Below are positions 9,769 to 21,800 of a DNA stretch of 64,000 nucleotides, piece by piece. The position numbers and the translations under genes are program-made. The notes under the pieces are model-generated. The model was given only the letters and a program-made list of their open reading frames with translations, ran no database searches and had not been told where the DNA came from. The number at the start of each line of letters is the position of its first letter. Within the stretch, counting starts at the first letter, position 1. This DNA comes from Ranitomeya imitator (taxonomy: Eukaryota): positions 36,332,001 through 36,396,000 of the forward strand of contig NC_091290.1 of NCBI RefSeq assembly GCF_032444005.1, written 5' to 3'.

Positions 9769-12700
9769 CTGGGGAAAAACACAAGGAAGACGACAACTAA
9801 ATATAACAAAATGTACGTTCTGGGCCCGGAGGGGGCACGTCTACCGGATTTCAGCTGGAGGGGATGCAATATCCAGTGTGGTGTACATTGTAGCTTTTTT
9901 TCCAGGTGTTTTTTTATGGAGCGTCATTTGCCTATAAAGTTTGTGTGCCCGGATCAGGAGCCACCGGCGCGCTCCAGCGACCCCCACAACGTTCAGAACA
10001 GCGCTTACAAGCCTCTAAACCCTGAGCAAGTTCAGCCACTGCTGATGGGCACCAGAGGTGGTCGAAAACTTGGGCAACGAACAGCGATCAATAAAATAAA
10101 AAAAATCTCAATTCTTGAGAACAGAGAAGATTTTTAAACACAAGTAGGTTTTCATTGCTTGTTTTTTTATAAGAACTTTGCAATTTTAACCATTTTAGAT
10201 CATGAGAATAATCCTTTAAAAAGGTGTAAGCCAAAAATAATTGGGCAAAAAAATCCAAATCTGGGCAAAGTAAGCATAGCTTTAACTTTCTGACTTAAAA
10301 AGATAAACCAGATGCACACAATTATACAAAGGATTAAAGGGAATCTGTCACCAGGTTTTTGCCACCTAATCTAAAAGCTGCATGATATACAGGGAGAGAC
10401 CCTGATTCCAACGATGTGTCACTTACTCGGCTGCTTGTTGTAGTTTTGATAAAGTCACTGTTTTATCAGCAGGAGATTATCACTAAAGGACTAGTAAACC
10501 TGCCGCCAGATAGTCCAACCTGCCCCCACCACTGATTGGCTGCTTTCTGCCTATGTACAGTGTGCACAAAAGCTGAAAAATCAGTGGGGTGGGCGGGGTT
10601 ATACATGGCTCAGCATTCAGAGCACTGCTAGAAAACATGGATTTTATAAAAAACTGCAACAAGCAGCCCATTAAGTGACATCGCTTGGAATCAAGGTCTC
10701 TGTCTCTACATTATGCTGCTCTCAGATAGGGGAGCAAAAAACCCCAGAGACAGATTCCCTTTAAAAATGTCAGCATTTTACTCCAAATGTTCTTCAGTTA
10801 AAGACATGGGTGCAAAGAAAAAAAAAAAAAAAAAAAAAAAAAAGTGTCCTACTGCTTTTTTCTGAAACAAACAAAAAAAACCAACATGTTTTTCATGGAT
10901 TTTTAAAAATGGCCTTGGGGCGAAGATGCTGCTGCAAGATGATTCTTTGAAGTTCATACTAAAATGATAACTGCATGCACTACCTAAAATGAATTGTTCT
11001 GTGCTTAGAATATGGTTTTTTGGTTTTTTTTTCAATGTAGAAATAAATGACAGGAAAAACACATGTACAAAATGACAATAAATACTACTAAAAACTGTAT
11101 ACAAAAAAACAAACTTGTGCTATAAAATGTTACAAATGAGGAAGGAATAACAGAAACTTACATGAAACTTAAGTGATGCAATTGAAAAATATTCCCTTGA
11201 TGTCCCTTGTGCTGCCCGTTACTCCACTGGTTACGAAAGATTCTTTTGGGGTCACGTTAGGCAACAAGAAACCACTCAGAGCCGAGAGTCATTTCCACAC
11301 CGGCCCTATAGCTGTAATTACTGTTACAGGGGTGTTGGCAAATCCCACCACCACTCATGCTCAGGGGAAATGACGGCTCTCAGGGATGTTTAGGACCAAA
11401 CCACAAGATAAATCGGACTGGGGTATCTGGTAACCAGAGTGATCCTGAAATATATACAGTCCTGGGGGAACTGGAGGGGAGAGCCGCGGGGACGGGAGGG
11501 GAGAGCCAGGGGGACGGGAGGGGAGAGCCGCAGGGACAGAGGTATCTGGTAACCAGAGTGATCCTGAAATATATACAGTCCTGGGGGAACTGGAGGGGAG
11601 AGCAGCGGGGACAGAGGTATCTGGTAACCAGAGTGATCCTGAAATATATACAGTCATGGAGAACTGGAGGGGAGAGCCGCAGGGACAGAGGTATCTGGTA
11701 ACCAGAGTGATCCTGAAATATATACAGTCCTGGGAGAACTGGAGGGGAGAGCCGCAGGGACAGAGGTATCTGGTAACCAGAGTGATCCTGAAATATATAC
11801 AGTCCTGGGGGAACTGGAGGGGAGAGCAGCGGGGACAGAGGTATCTGGTAACCAGAGTGATCCTGAAATATATACAGTCATGGAGAACTGGAGGGGAGAG
11901 CCGCAGGGACGGGGGTATCTGGTAACCAGAGTGATCCTGAAATATATACAGTCCTGGGAGAACTGGAGGGGAGAGCCGCGGGGACAGAGGTATCTGGTAA
12001 CCAGAGTGATCCTGAAATATATACAGTCCTGGGGGAACTGGAGGGGAGAGCCGCGGGGACGGGAGGGGAGAGCCGCGGGGACGGGAGGGGAGAGCGCAGG
12101 GACAGAGGTATCTGGTGACCAGAGTGATGCTGAAATATATACAGTCCTGGGGGAACTGGAGGGGAGAGCCGCAGAGACGGGAGGGGAGAGCCGCAGAGAC
12201 GGGAGGGGAGAGCGCAGGGACCGAGGTATCTGGTAACCTGAGTGATGCTGAAATATATAGTCCTGGGGGAACTGGAGGGGAGAGCCGCGAGGACGGGAGG
12301 GAAGAGCCGCGGGGACAGGGGTATCTGGTAACCAGAGTGATCCTGAAATATATACAGTCCTGGGGGAACTGGAGGGGAGAGCCGCAGGGACGGGGGTATC
12401 TGGTAATCAGAGTGCCTATGATCCTGAAATGTATAGTCCTGGGGGAACTGGAGGGGAGAGCCGCAGAGATGGGAGGGGAGAGCCGCGGCGACGGGGGTAT
12501 CTGGTAACCAGAGTGATCCTGAAATATATACAGTCCTTTGGGAACTGGAGGGGAGAGCCGCAGGGACGGGAGAGCCATGGGGACGGGGGAATCTGGTAAC
12601 CCGAGTGCCTACGATCCTGAAATATATACAGTACTGGAGGAACTGGCGGGGAGAGCCGCGGGGACGGGAGAGCCATGGGGACGGGGGAATCTGGTAACCC

Positions 12701-15700
12701 GAGTGCCTATGATCCTGAAATATATACAGTACTGGAGGAACTGGCGGGGAGAGCCGCGGGGACGGGAGAGCCATGGGGACGGGGGAATCTGGTAACCTAA
12801 GTGCCTACGATCCTGAAAATATACAGTCCTGCGGGGACGGGAGGAGCATGGCCTAGGGCATCTGGTAACCCGAGTGCCTACAATCCTGAAATATATACAG
12901 TTCTGTGGGGAACGGAGCTGAACCGCAAGGGCTGGGGCATCTGGTAACCTGAGTGATTACGATCCTGAAATATATGCAGTCCTGCGGGGATGGGAGGCGA
13001 GAGTTACCGGATGAGCTATTTTATCCATGACATTGCTGGATCTGAGCCAGGCGCCTCTTCTTTCTGACCAGACACAACTTACCTTGGAGCACCCCGGAGT
13101 AAAAGCCCCTGGAACGCCAAACAGAACCCCTTTCTTGTTTCCGAACACATCTCTGATGCTTTTCTTGTTTGCAGGACCTCCATCAAAGATCTGCACATCC
13201 GGTAGAGAATCTCCAACCTTGAAGAGAAATCACCTATCAGACACGTCGGCTTCTTGTTCGCCCCGTTCAGTTTCATATAGGAAACAATGGACCCCTGACT
13301 ATAATAATGGACCCCTGACTATAATGGGCAAGGCAGACCTCCAGATTTGCCACGGGCTTCAGCGTGAACCTAGCACTAGAGATCAGGACCTTACATTGAC
13401 CATGGGACAAAACAACAAATGATAAAAAATGAGCAAGAAGTGATTTGGAGCCGGAATATCACACAGTAGAAGAAACCAGACCTCAGTGAAGGAACGGATC
13501 GTTTTTTTTCTAACTGTAGAAGTGCATGAAAGTGAAGTAAGGAATGTGGAATAACCGGGGCGGTAATGGCGGCCGTGGTGTGGCCACCCAGCCGACCGTA
13601 AGCTAATACAAAAGCCACATGTGTTGCAACTGATTTCATGGCGGAAACATGTTGCAAAAAATGAAGCTAGTGCAATCTAAAAAAAAAAAAATCGTATGCA
13701 AATATAAAAAAAGCATTTTATCCTTAAGATTTTTACAATTAGTTTTTACTTTAATCTCTAGAGAGTTCATGAACCAAAATAAATAAAAATGTAAAAACTC
13801 TATGGAACATGCACAGTGTGAACCCAGCTGAAAATGGACAAAAGGAGACGTGCACCTGACTCCCCCTGGACGAACAAGGTGTCCAAACATCATAGGGTCT
13901 ATAACGGCCCACCTTTATCAAAAATCGGGAATTTGCACTAAATGGTGCAGACACTTCAGCTCCACCACCTCATTCTTATCAGAGGTCACATCCGAATGAG
14001 GAATTTGGTACAAATTACAGCACAAATTGTTCGGTGCTTTAAAGGGGTTGTCCGGCCTTAAGGCTACAAGTCTGCAGTCATTCTACGTGACTGCAGACTT
14101 GTGAATGCTCACATCGTGCACATTGCTTGCTGTGCGGATTCTCCAGGAATGGTGGGCTCATGACCACAAGTTGGTGATTTTCACTTTCGGCCACATTCCG
14201 ACTAGACGTGTCGGGTCTCGCTGAATACACTTGCACTGAGCTAGGCAGTGCACGTCTAGTTGGCATGTGACAGTAGGCATGCAAATCACATACAAGCTGC
14301 TGATGGAGAATCCTCACAAGTCTGCAGTCACAGAGTTTAAGGCCGGACAACCCCTTTAATATTGATGGCTACTATGCAGTTAACTGAGCTGTGCTGTTCC
14401 GCAACTAATCGTCATACACGGCGCATACTAAGAGCAGCCGCCTTCATACACGAGCAGGCGCACACTAAGAGCAGCCGCCTTCATACACGAGCAGGCGCAC
14501 ACTAAGAGCAGCCGTCTTCATACACGAGCAGGTGCACACTAAGAGCAGCCGTCTTCATACACGAGCAGGCGCACACTAAGAGCAGCCGTCTTCATACACG
14601 AGCAGGCGCACACTAACAGCAGCAGTCTTCATACACGAGCAGGTGCACACTAAGAGCAGCCGCCTTCATACACGAGCAGGCGCAGACAGAGCAGCCGTCT
14701 TCATACACGAGCAGGTGCACACTAAGAGCAGCCGCCTTCATACACGAGCAGGTGCACACTAAGAGCAGCCGCCTTCATACACGAGCAGGCGCAGACAGAG
14801 CAGCCGTCTTCATACACGAGCAGGTGCACACTAAGAGCAGCCGCCTTCATACACGAGCAGGCGCAGACAGAGCAGCCGCCTTCATACACGAGCAGGCGCA
14901 CACTAAGAGCAGCCGTCTTCATACACGAGCAGGCGCAGACAGAGCAGCCGCCTTCATACACGAGCAGGCGCAGACAGAGCAGCCGCCTTCATACACGAGC
15001 AGGCGCACACTAAGAGCAGCCGCCTTCATACACGCGCAGGCGCACACTAAGAGCAGCCGTCTTCATACACGAGCAGGCGCAGACAGAGCAGCCGTCTTCA
15101 TACACGCGCAGGCGCACACTAAGAGCAGCAATCTTCATACACGAGCAGGCGCACACTAACAGCAGCAGTCTTCATACACGAGCAGGCGCACACTAAGAGC
15201 AGCCGCCTTCATACACGAGCAGGTGCACACTAAGAGCAGCCGCCTTCATACACGAGCAGGCGCAGACAGAGCAGCCGCCTTCATACACGAGCAGGCGCAC
15301 ACTAAGAGCAGCCGCCTTCATACACGAGCAGGCGCAGACAGAGCAGCCGCCTTCATACACGAGCAGGCGCAGACAGAGCAGCCGCCTTCATACACGAGCA
15401 GGCGCAGACAGAGCAGCCGCCTTCATACACGAGCAGGCGCAGACAGAGCAGCCGCCTTCATACACGAGCAGGCGCACACTAAGAGCAGCCGCCTTCATAC
15501 ACGAGCAGGTGCAGACAGAGCAGCCGTCTTCATACACGAGCAGGCGCACACTAAGAGCAGCCGTCTTCATACACGAGCAGGCGCACACTAAGAGCAGCCG
15601 TCTTCATACACGAGCAGGCGCACACTAAGAGCAGCCGTCTTCATACACGAGCAGGCGCACACTAAGAGCAGCCGTCTTCATACACGAGCAGGCGCACACT

Positions 15701-18515
15701 AAGAGCAGCCGTCTTCATACACGAGCAGGCGCACACTAAGAGCAGCCGTCTTCATACACGAGCAGGCGCACACTAAGAGCAGCCGTCTTCATACACGAGC
15801 AGGCGCACACTAAGAGCAGCCGTCTTCATACACGAGCAGCCGTATACTAAGAGCAGCCGTCTTCATACACGAGCAGGCGCACACTAAGAGCAGCCGTCTT
15901 CATACACGAGCAGGCGCACACTAAGAGCAGCAGGCTTCATACACGAGCAGGCGTACACTAAGAGCAGCCGTCTTCATACACGAGCAGGCGCACACTAAGA
16001 GCAGCAGGCTTCATACACGAGCAGGCGTACACTAAGAGCAGCCGTCTTCATACACGAGCAGGCGCACACTAAGAGCAGTCTTCATACACGAGGAGGCGCA
16101 CACTAAGAGCAGCCGTCTTCATACACGAGCAGGCGTCTTCATACACGAGCAGCCGCCTTCATACACGAGCAGCCGCCTTCATACACGAGCAGGCGCACAC
16201 TGAGAGCAGCCGTCTTCATACACGAGCAGGCGCACACTAAGAGCAGCCGTCTTCATACACGAGCAGGCACACACTAAGAGCAGCCGTCTTCATACACGAG
16301 CAGCCGTATACTAAGAGCAGCCGTCTTCATACACGAGCAGGCGCACACTAAGAGCAGCCGCCTTCATACACGAGCAGGCGTCTTCATACACGAGCAGCCG
16401 CATTCATACACGAGCAGGCGCACACTGAGAGCAGCCGTCTTCATACACGAGCAGGCGCACACTAACAGCAGCCGTCTTCATACACGAGCAGGCGCACACT
16501 AAGAGCAGCCGTCTTCATACACGAGCAGGCGCACACTAAGAGCAGCCGTCTTCATACACGAGCAGCCGTCTTCATACACGAGCAGGCGCACACTAAGAGC
16601 AGTCGTCTTCATACACGAGCAGGCGCACACTAAGAGCAGCCGTCTTCATACACGAGCAGGCGCACACTAAGAGCAGCCGCCTTCATACACGCGCAGGCGC
16701 ACACTAAGAGCAGCCGTCTTCATACACGAGCAGGCGCACACTAAGAGCAGCCGCCTTCATACACGCGCAGGCGCACACTAAGAGCAGCCGCCTTCATACA
16801 CGCGCAGGCGCACACTAAGAGCAGCCGTCTTCATACACGAGCAGGCGCACACTAAGAGCAGCCGTCTTCATACACGAGCAGGCGCACACTAAGAGCAGCC
16901 GTCTTCATACACGAGCAGGCGCACACTAAGAGCAGCAGTCTTCATACACGAGCAGGCGCACACTAAGAGCAGCCGTCTTCATACACGAGCAGGCGCACAC
17001 TAAGAGCAGCCGTCTTCATACACGAGCAGGCGCAGACAGAGCAGCCGTCTTCATACACGAGCAGGCGCACACTAAGAGCAGCCGTCTTCATACACGAGCA
17101 GGCGCACACTAAGAGCAGCCGTCTTCATACACGCGCAGGCGCACACTAAGAGCAGCCGCCTTCATACACGAGCAGGCGCACACTAAGAGCAGCCGCCTTC
17201 ATACACGAGCAGGCGTACACTAAGAGCAGCCGTCTTCATACACGAGCAGGCGCACACTAAGAGCAGCCGCCTTCATACACGAGCAGGCGCACACTAAGAG
17301 CAGCCGCCTTCATACACGCGCAGGCGCACACTAAGAGCAGCCGTCTTCATACACGAGCAGGCGCACACTGAGAGCAGCCGTCTTCATACACGCGCAGGCG
17401 CAGACAGAGCAGCCGTCTTCATACACGAGCAGGCGCACACTGAGAGCAGCCGTCTTCATACACGAGCAGCCGTATACTAAGAGCAGCCGTCTTCATACAC
17501 GAGCAGGCGCACACTAAGAGCAGCCGCCTTCATACACGAGCAGGCGCACACTGAGAGCAGCCGTCTTCATACACGAGCAGGCGCAGACAGAGCAGCCGTC
17601 TTCATACACGCGTAGGCGCACACTAAGAGCAGCCGCCTTCATACACGCGCAGGCGTATACTAAGAGCAGCCGTCTTCATACACGAGCAGGCGCACACTAA
17701 GAGCAGCCGCCTTCATACACGCGCAGGCGCACACTAAGAGCAGCCGCCTTCATACACGCGCAGGCGCACACTAAGAGCAGCCGCCTTCATACACGCGCAG
17801 GCGCACACTAAGAGCAGCCGCCTTCATACACGCGCAGGCGTATACTAAGAGCAGCCGTCTTCATAAATAACTAAGTTGAGCATGTAAACATGAAATACAT
17901 AAAACCTGCATTGCATTACTGTGCTAGAAAATAGTTAACATTGAGAATACTTAGCACATAAATCATGTGTGCCCGGCAGCCACGATAAGGCGATTCTTGT
18001 TGCTGGGAACCTCACCATAAAGTCGGCCAGATTTTGTCTCTTCCTAAACGTTTCGGGTCTTTTTAAGACCGCCATGACTGCAATAGGCAACTTTTTTTTC
18101 CCTTTTTCATGTAGAAATGCAGTCATACAGCCGTCGTACTTCTCTGCTCTCTGTAATTTTAGATTTTACTGCAAATACTAGAGAATTCATGTAATACATA
18201 GAGAAACCCTGGATACACGTAGTTCAGGCGTTTCTGACAACAATCTGAGGCATAAACGCCCCGTGTGCGCGGTGTCAGTTATGGGACTTCAATCCCTGAC
18301 GTTATTACACGCCAGCACTGATATAAGAGCTATTATTAGCACAGGGCGCTATTCTCAGCCCTGATAACGCTCCGCACTGGCCGCATGCGCCCTGGGGTCC
18401 GGTGTACACACCGCGCGGTTACCTTGATGGACATGGCTCTGCTCCACACTCCGCTCCTGGCGACTGCACACAGCTGTGACTGGAGGAGGACTGATACGGG
18501 CAACCGAAGAGCCAT
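9637..18515 (-). CDS. PRDX5: Peroxiredoxin-5, partial gene. Coding exons: 18515-18423, 13217-13083, 9768-9637. Remaining exons lie outside the window.
   Basis: Spliced product MALRLPVSVLLQSQLCAVARSGVWSRA-MSIK|VGDSLPDVQIFDGG...VLFGVPGAFTPGCSK|THLPGYVTQA...ACISVNDAFVVSEWGKVHGADGK. It has the peroxidatic PGAFTPGCSKTHLP motif. All junctions are GT-AG, phase 0. Confidence 0.96.
10338..10760. mobile_element. T2/Kolobok-type MITE
   Basis: TTAA flanks. TIR AGGGAATCTGTC / GACAGATTCCCT. Confidence 0.8.
11419..12997. repeat. Minisatellite, ~74-75 bp unit with variable ~21-bp inserts, in PRDX5 intron 2
   Basis: GGTATCTGGTAACCAGAGTGATCCTGAAATATATACAGTC recurs (11541, 11616, 11690 and onward). It diverges toward the right end. 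Confidence 0.95.
13083..13217 (-). CDS. PRDX5: PRDX5 coding exon 2 (135 nt), containing the peroxidatic Cys
   Basis: Acceptor tcttcaAG at 13219-13218, donor GTaagt at 13082. Encodes VGDSLPDVQIFDGGPANKKSIRDVFGNKKGVLFGVPGAFTPGCSK. Confidence 0.96.
14043..14355. mobile_element. T2/Kolobok-type MITE
   Basis: TTAA|AGGGGTTGTCCGGCCTTAA ... TTAAGGCCGGACAACCCCT|TTAA. Confidence 0.85.
14413..17864. repeat. Minisatellite, 37-bp unit, ~93 copies, in PRDX5 intron 1
   Basis: Unit ACTAAGAGCAGCCGYCTTCATACACGAGCAGGCGCAC (e.g. 14464, 14501), with shorter variant units. Confidence 0.97.
18423..18515 (-). CDS. PRDX5: PRDX5 coding exon 1: mitochondrial transit peptide plus second in-frame ATG (18434, MSIK)
   Basis: Donor AAG|GTaacc at 18422. 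ATG 18515 is in strong Kozak context (GTCATGG). A further in-frame ATG at 18599 has weak context. Confidence 0.85.
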
Positions 18516-18759
18516 GACAACTATGGGCAGGGCCACAAGGGGGCGGCGGCATGGCTCTGCAGAAAGTACGCCCACCAGCGGCAAGCTGAATGAGCGCATG
18601 CGCGTGTCTCTCACCCCTAGCGCGCTTGCGCTTAGAACCTCCTTGCGTTCGTGAACGGTTACCTAGCTACACAGAGTGGAGGCGGAGCTACAGACCTGCG
18701 GTGACCTACGTCCCCGGAAGTAGTTCAAGTGTGAAGCACGTGGGTGCCGGTACCGGAGA
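18516..18759. promoter_or_regulatory. Bidirectional CpG-rich promoter shared by PRDX5 and TRMT112
   Basis: Lies between two divergent start codons. Contains an NRF1-type GCGCATGCGC (18594-18603), GCGCTTGCGC (18622-18631), an ETS motif CCGGAAGT (18714-18721) and an E-box CACGTG (18737-18742). Confidence 0.8.
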
Positions 18760-18834
18760 ATGAAGCTTTTGACGCATAATATGCTGCGGAGCCACGTCAG
18801 CGGCGTGACGCGAGGATTCCCGCTAATCATCCGG
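18760..18834 (+). CDS. TRMT112: TRMT112 coding exon 1
   Basis: ATG at 18760, encodes MKLLTHNML..., donor CGG|GTATAA. Confidence 0.93.
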
Positions 18835-21800
18835 GTATAATACGTGTGTGTGTGACTGTCTGCGCCATGCTGAGCCTCGTCCTCGTCTTATCTCTGCTCT
18901 GTCAGGTCTTCTGCGCCTTTTTCCTGTTTAACTCTGTAGTGACCGGGAGGTAATGATTTTGGGGGCTGTGACTCTGCCCCTGGCTGATTTTTGTGGGGTG
19001 TATCACCAGATTAAAAGTGTCCAGTGTTCGCCTTTATTTAACTCCTGCTGGTCCCCTGGGTATTCCGGCTTTTGTTTTCTTAAAATTTAATCCACCATTT
19101 GGTTCCAGAGATTATTTAGTGCTGTGTTTTTCCTCATTTTTTTTTGCCAAAAGGGCGTGGCTCACAGAATAATTATGCAGGTCCAGCTAGAGACACGCCC
19201 CAGAGGAACCTGAGCCACGCCCCCTTGATAATACCTTAAAACTAAGCTCTAAATAAAGCGGCCCCTATCTCTAGCACCATGCGATGGATTAAAAAAATAT
19301 TCAGAGGAGCAGCGGGAATCTAGTGAGGGCAAGAACTGGACACTTTGGACCAGGTGACAAAAAAAAGAATCCTGATAAATTCTCCTTATGTGTCTCTGTG
19401 CTAGTCTGTCTCCATGGTTACGGACTACAACGGACCCCTGGGTAGTCACGCTCCGTGCTTCTTGCTAACATTCAGTAGATTAAAGAGGTTGTCCAGGCTT
19501 TTGGGGCTTAATTCCGCAATCACTCTGCAGACTTGTGACTCCTCACTTCTGGCAGCGCGAGGATTCTCCGGCGCCGAGAGCGAGCAGTCATGTGACCACA
19601 ACTACGCGATTTGCACACTTCTCGCCACATTCCGACTAGACGTGTCCTCCTTCAATTCCCTTGTGAAGCCGCGCACGTCTAGTCGGCATGTGACCGCAGG
19701 TATAAAAATCACATTTCCTTCACTGGAGAACCCTGACACTGTGCACAAATCTGCAGACCTGAGCCCCAGGCCTGGAAAACCCCTTTAGCCCTCCTCCACA
19801 CGTCCATGTTATATGGAGGACTTGGCCCCTATAAAGTCCTTGCAGTATAGATTTTCTCCTTTACTTGGATTTTATGTAGCATTGGTCGCTCCTCCCCACC
19901 CCCCATTAATCATAAGTTTTCCACCCCACTCCTCTTTGATTGACAGCTCTCTTCCTGACAGTGAGCACTGCCTGATCTGAATCTCCTTTTTTTTTTTTTT
20001 TTTTTACCATATAAATAAAAATATAGACATATGTAAGTGATAGTATTGTCATAATCATTACCATTTAATAAATACCATAAAATAATTGCAGAATTGTATT
20101 ATATTTTTTTTTGCCTCCATTTCATCCCACTTGGATTTTTTTCCCGTTTTTATTTTTTTATTTTTTTTTTTTTTTATAGCACGTTGTGTGATAAAATTGA
20201 CAATGTCATTCAAAACTAACTCGTCATGCAAAAAAAAAAAAAGCCCTCTGACATCTATATCCATAAAGAAATAAAACCTTCTGGCCCTTCCGGAGCATTC
20301 CGATATCGGTGCAGATAAGTAATCAGTCCAATATCGGAGCGCAGTGCACGGACTGGCCGCGGATATCCTGACCTGGTTGTGACAGTCTCATAGCTGTATA
20401 CAAGGGGCGATCCAAAAGTAATGATAATCAATACTAAACACAATGAATATAGTCAAAAATTTTTTTTATTTTTCTACATAGTCTCCTATCAAGTCTATAC
20501 ATTTAGTCCATCTCTTTTCTAAACTTAGAATTCCCTTAGAAAAAAATTCTTGATCTTGACCCTCAAAAAAATCCCCAACAGTGGTTATCACGTCGCTATT
20601 GTCATCAAATTTCTTGCCCCGGAGGTGTTCCTTGAGCCGAGGAAAGAGAAAGAAGTCACTGGGGGCTAGATCTGGTGAATAGGGGGGGTGTTCCACCAGT
20701 TCAAAGCCCGCTTCTTGAATGGTAGCCATGGCAACAACAGTTTTGTGAGCCGGCGCGTTATCTTGGTGAAACAACACTCCAGCCCGCAGTTTGCCGCGCC
20801 TTTTCTCCTTGATAGCCTCCCACAATCTTCTTATTTGTTCTGCGTAGTAGGATCCCGTAATAGTGGCTCCCTTCTCCAAATAGTCCACCATAGTAATTCC
20901 TTCATCGTCCCAAAAAACGGACGCCATAACCTTCCCTGCTAAGCTTGACACTTTGAATTTCTTCGGCGTCGGTTCGTCGGCTCGTTTCCATGTCATCGAT
21001 TGTTGTTTAGTTTCGGGATCAAAGTGGTGGATCCAGGTCTTGTCCATGGTCAAAAAAAAGTGACAAAAAATTTTCCTTGTCTGCTTGGAACTTTTCGAGA
21101 TTTGCTATTGAAATGTCAACTCGTTTCTTCTTTTGCTCGTCGGTTAACATTTTTGGCACCCAACGCGCGGAGACCTTTCTCATATGCGATTCTTTTGCAA
21201 GGATTCTTTGAATACTGCCATATGAGATCCCTGGGACCTCAGCTACATGCCTGATAGTCACTCTTCGATCTGCCAGTACAACTTCTTCAACTTTTTTCAC
21301 GTTTTCTTCACTGAGGGACGTGGATGGGCGTCCTTGACGATGTTCATCTTCTGTCGATGTTCTTCCCAGCTTAAATTCCTTGGCCCAGCGTGCAACTGTG
21401 GAATATGGAGGAGAAGAGTCCCCCAATGTTTCCACCAAGTCGCTGTGTATGTCTTTGGCAGTCATTTTTTTCAAGCAGAGGTATTTGATGACAGCTCTGA
21501 GCTCGTTTTTTTCCATTTTGATGTTCACTCCTGGGCAGTTCATATTCAAATGAATGTAGCTCCCGGGAATCGTGGTCTATTTAAGTAATTTTTTTTTTCC
21601 TGGACTAGTGGGTACCTAAGAGAGAAGAAAACATTTTATTTTAATTTCTGTGTGCAATAGAAATAACCGATTTATCATTACTTTTGGATCGCCCCTCGTA
21701 TATAAAGCTGCTCTGCTCTGGTTGGGAGACCTGCGGCCTGTACGCCGTGGTTTATCTGCTTGCACATCTGAATAGGCCCTTACAATTAGAGGAGGGAAAG

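Noticed and set aside
11357-12795. ORFs up to 405 aa
   Set aside because: Products of the 75-bp intronic minisatellite.
14722-15591. HTKSSRLHTRAG-type repeat ORFs
   Set aside because: Products of the 37-bp minisatellite.
14413-17864. CRISPR-like regularity in this and the other arrays
   Set aside because: These are head-to-tail repeats without unique spacers, there are no cas genes, and the DNA is vertebrate.
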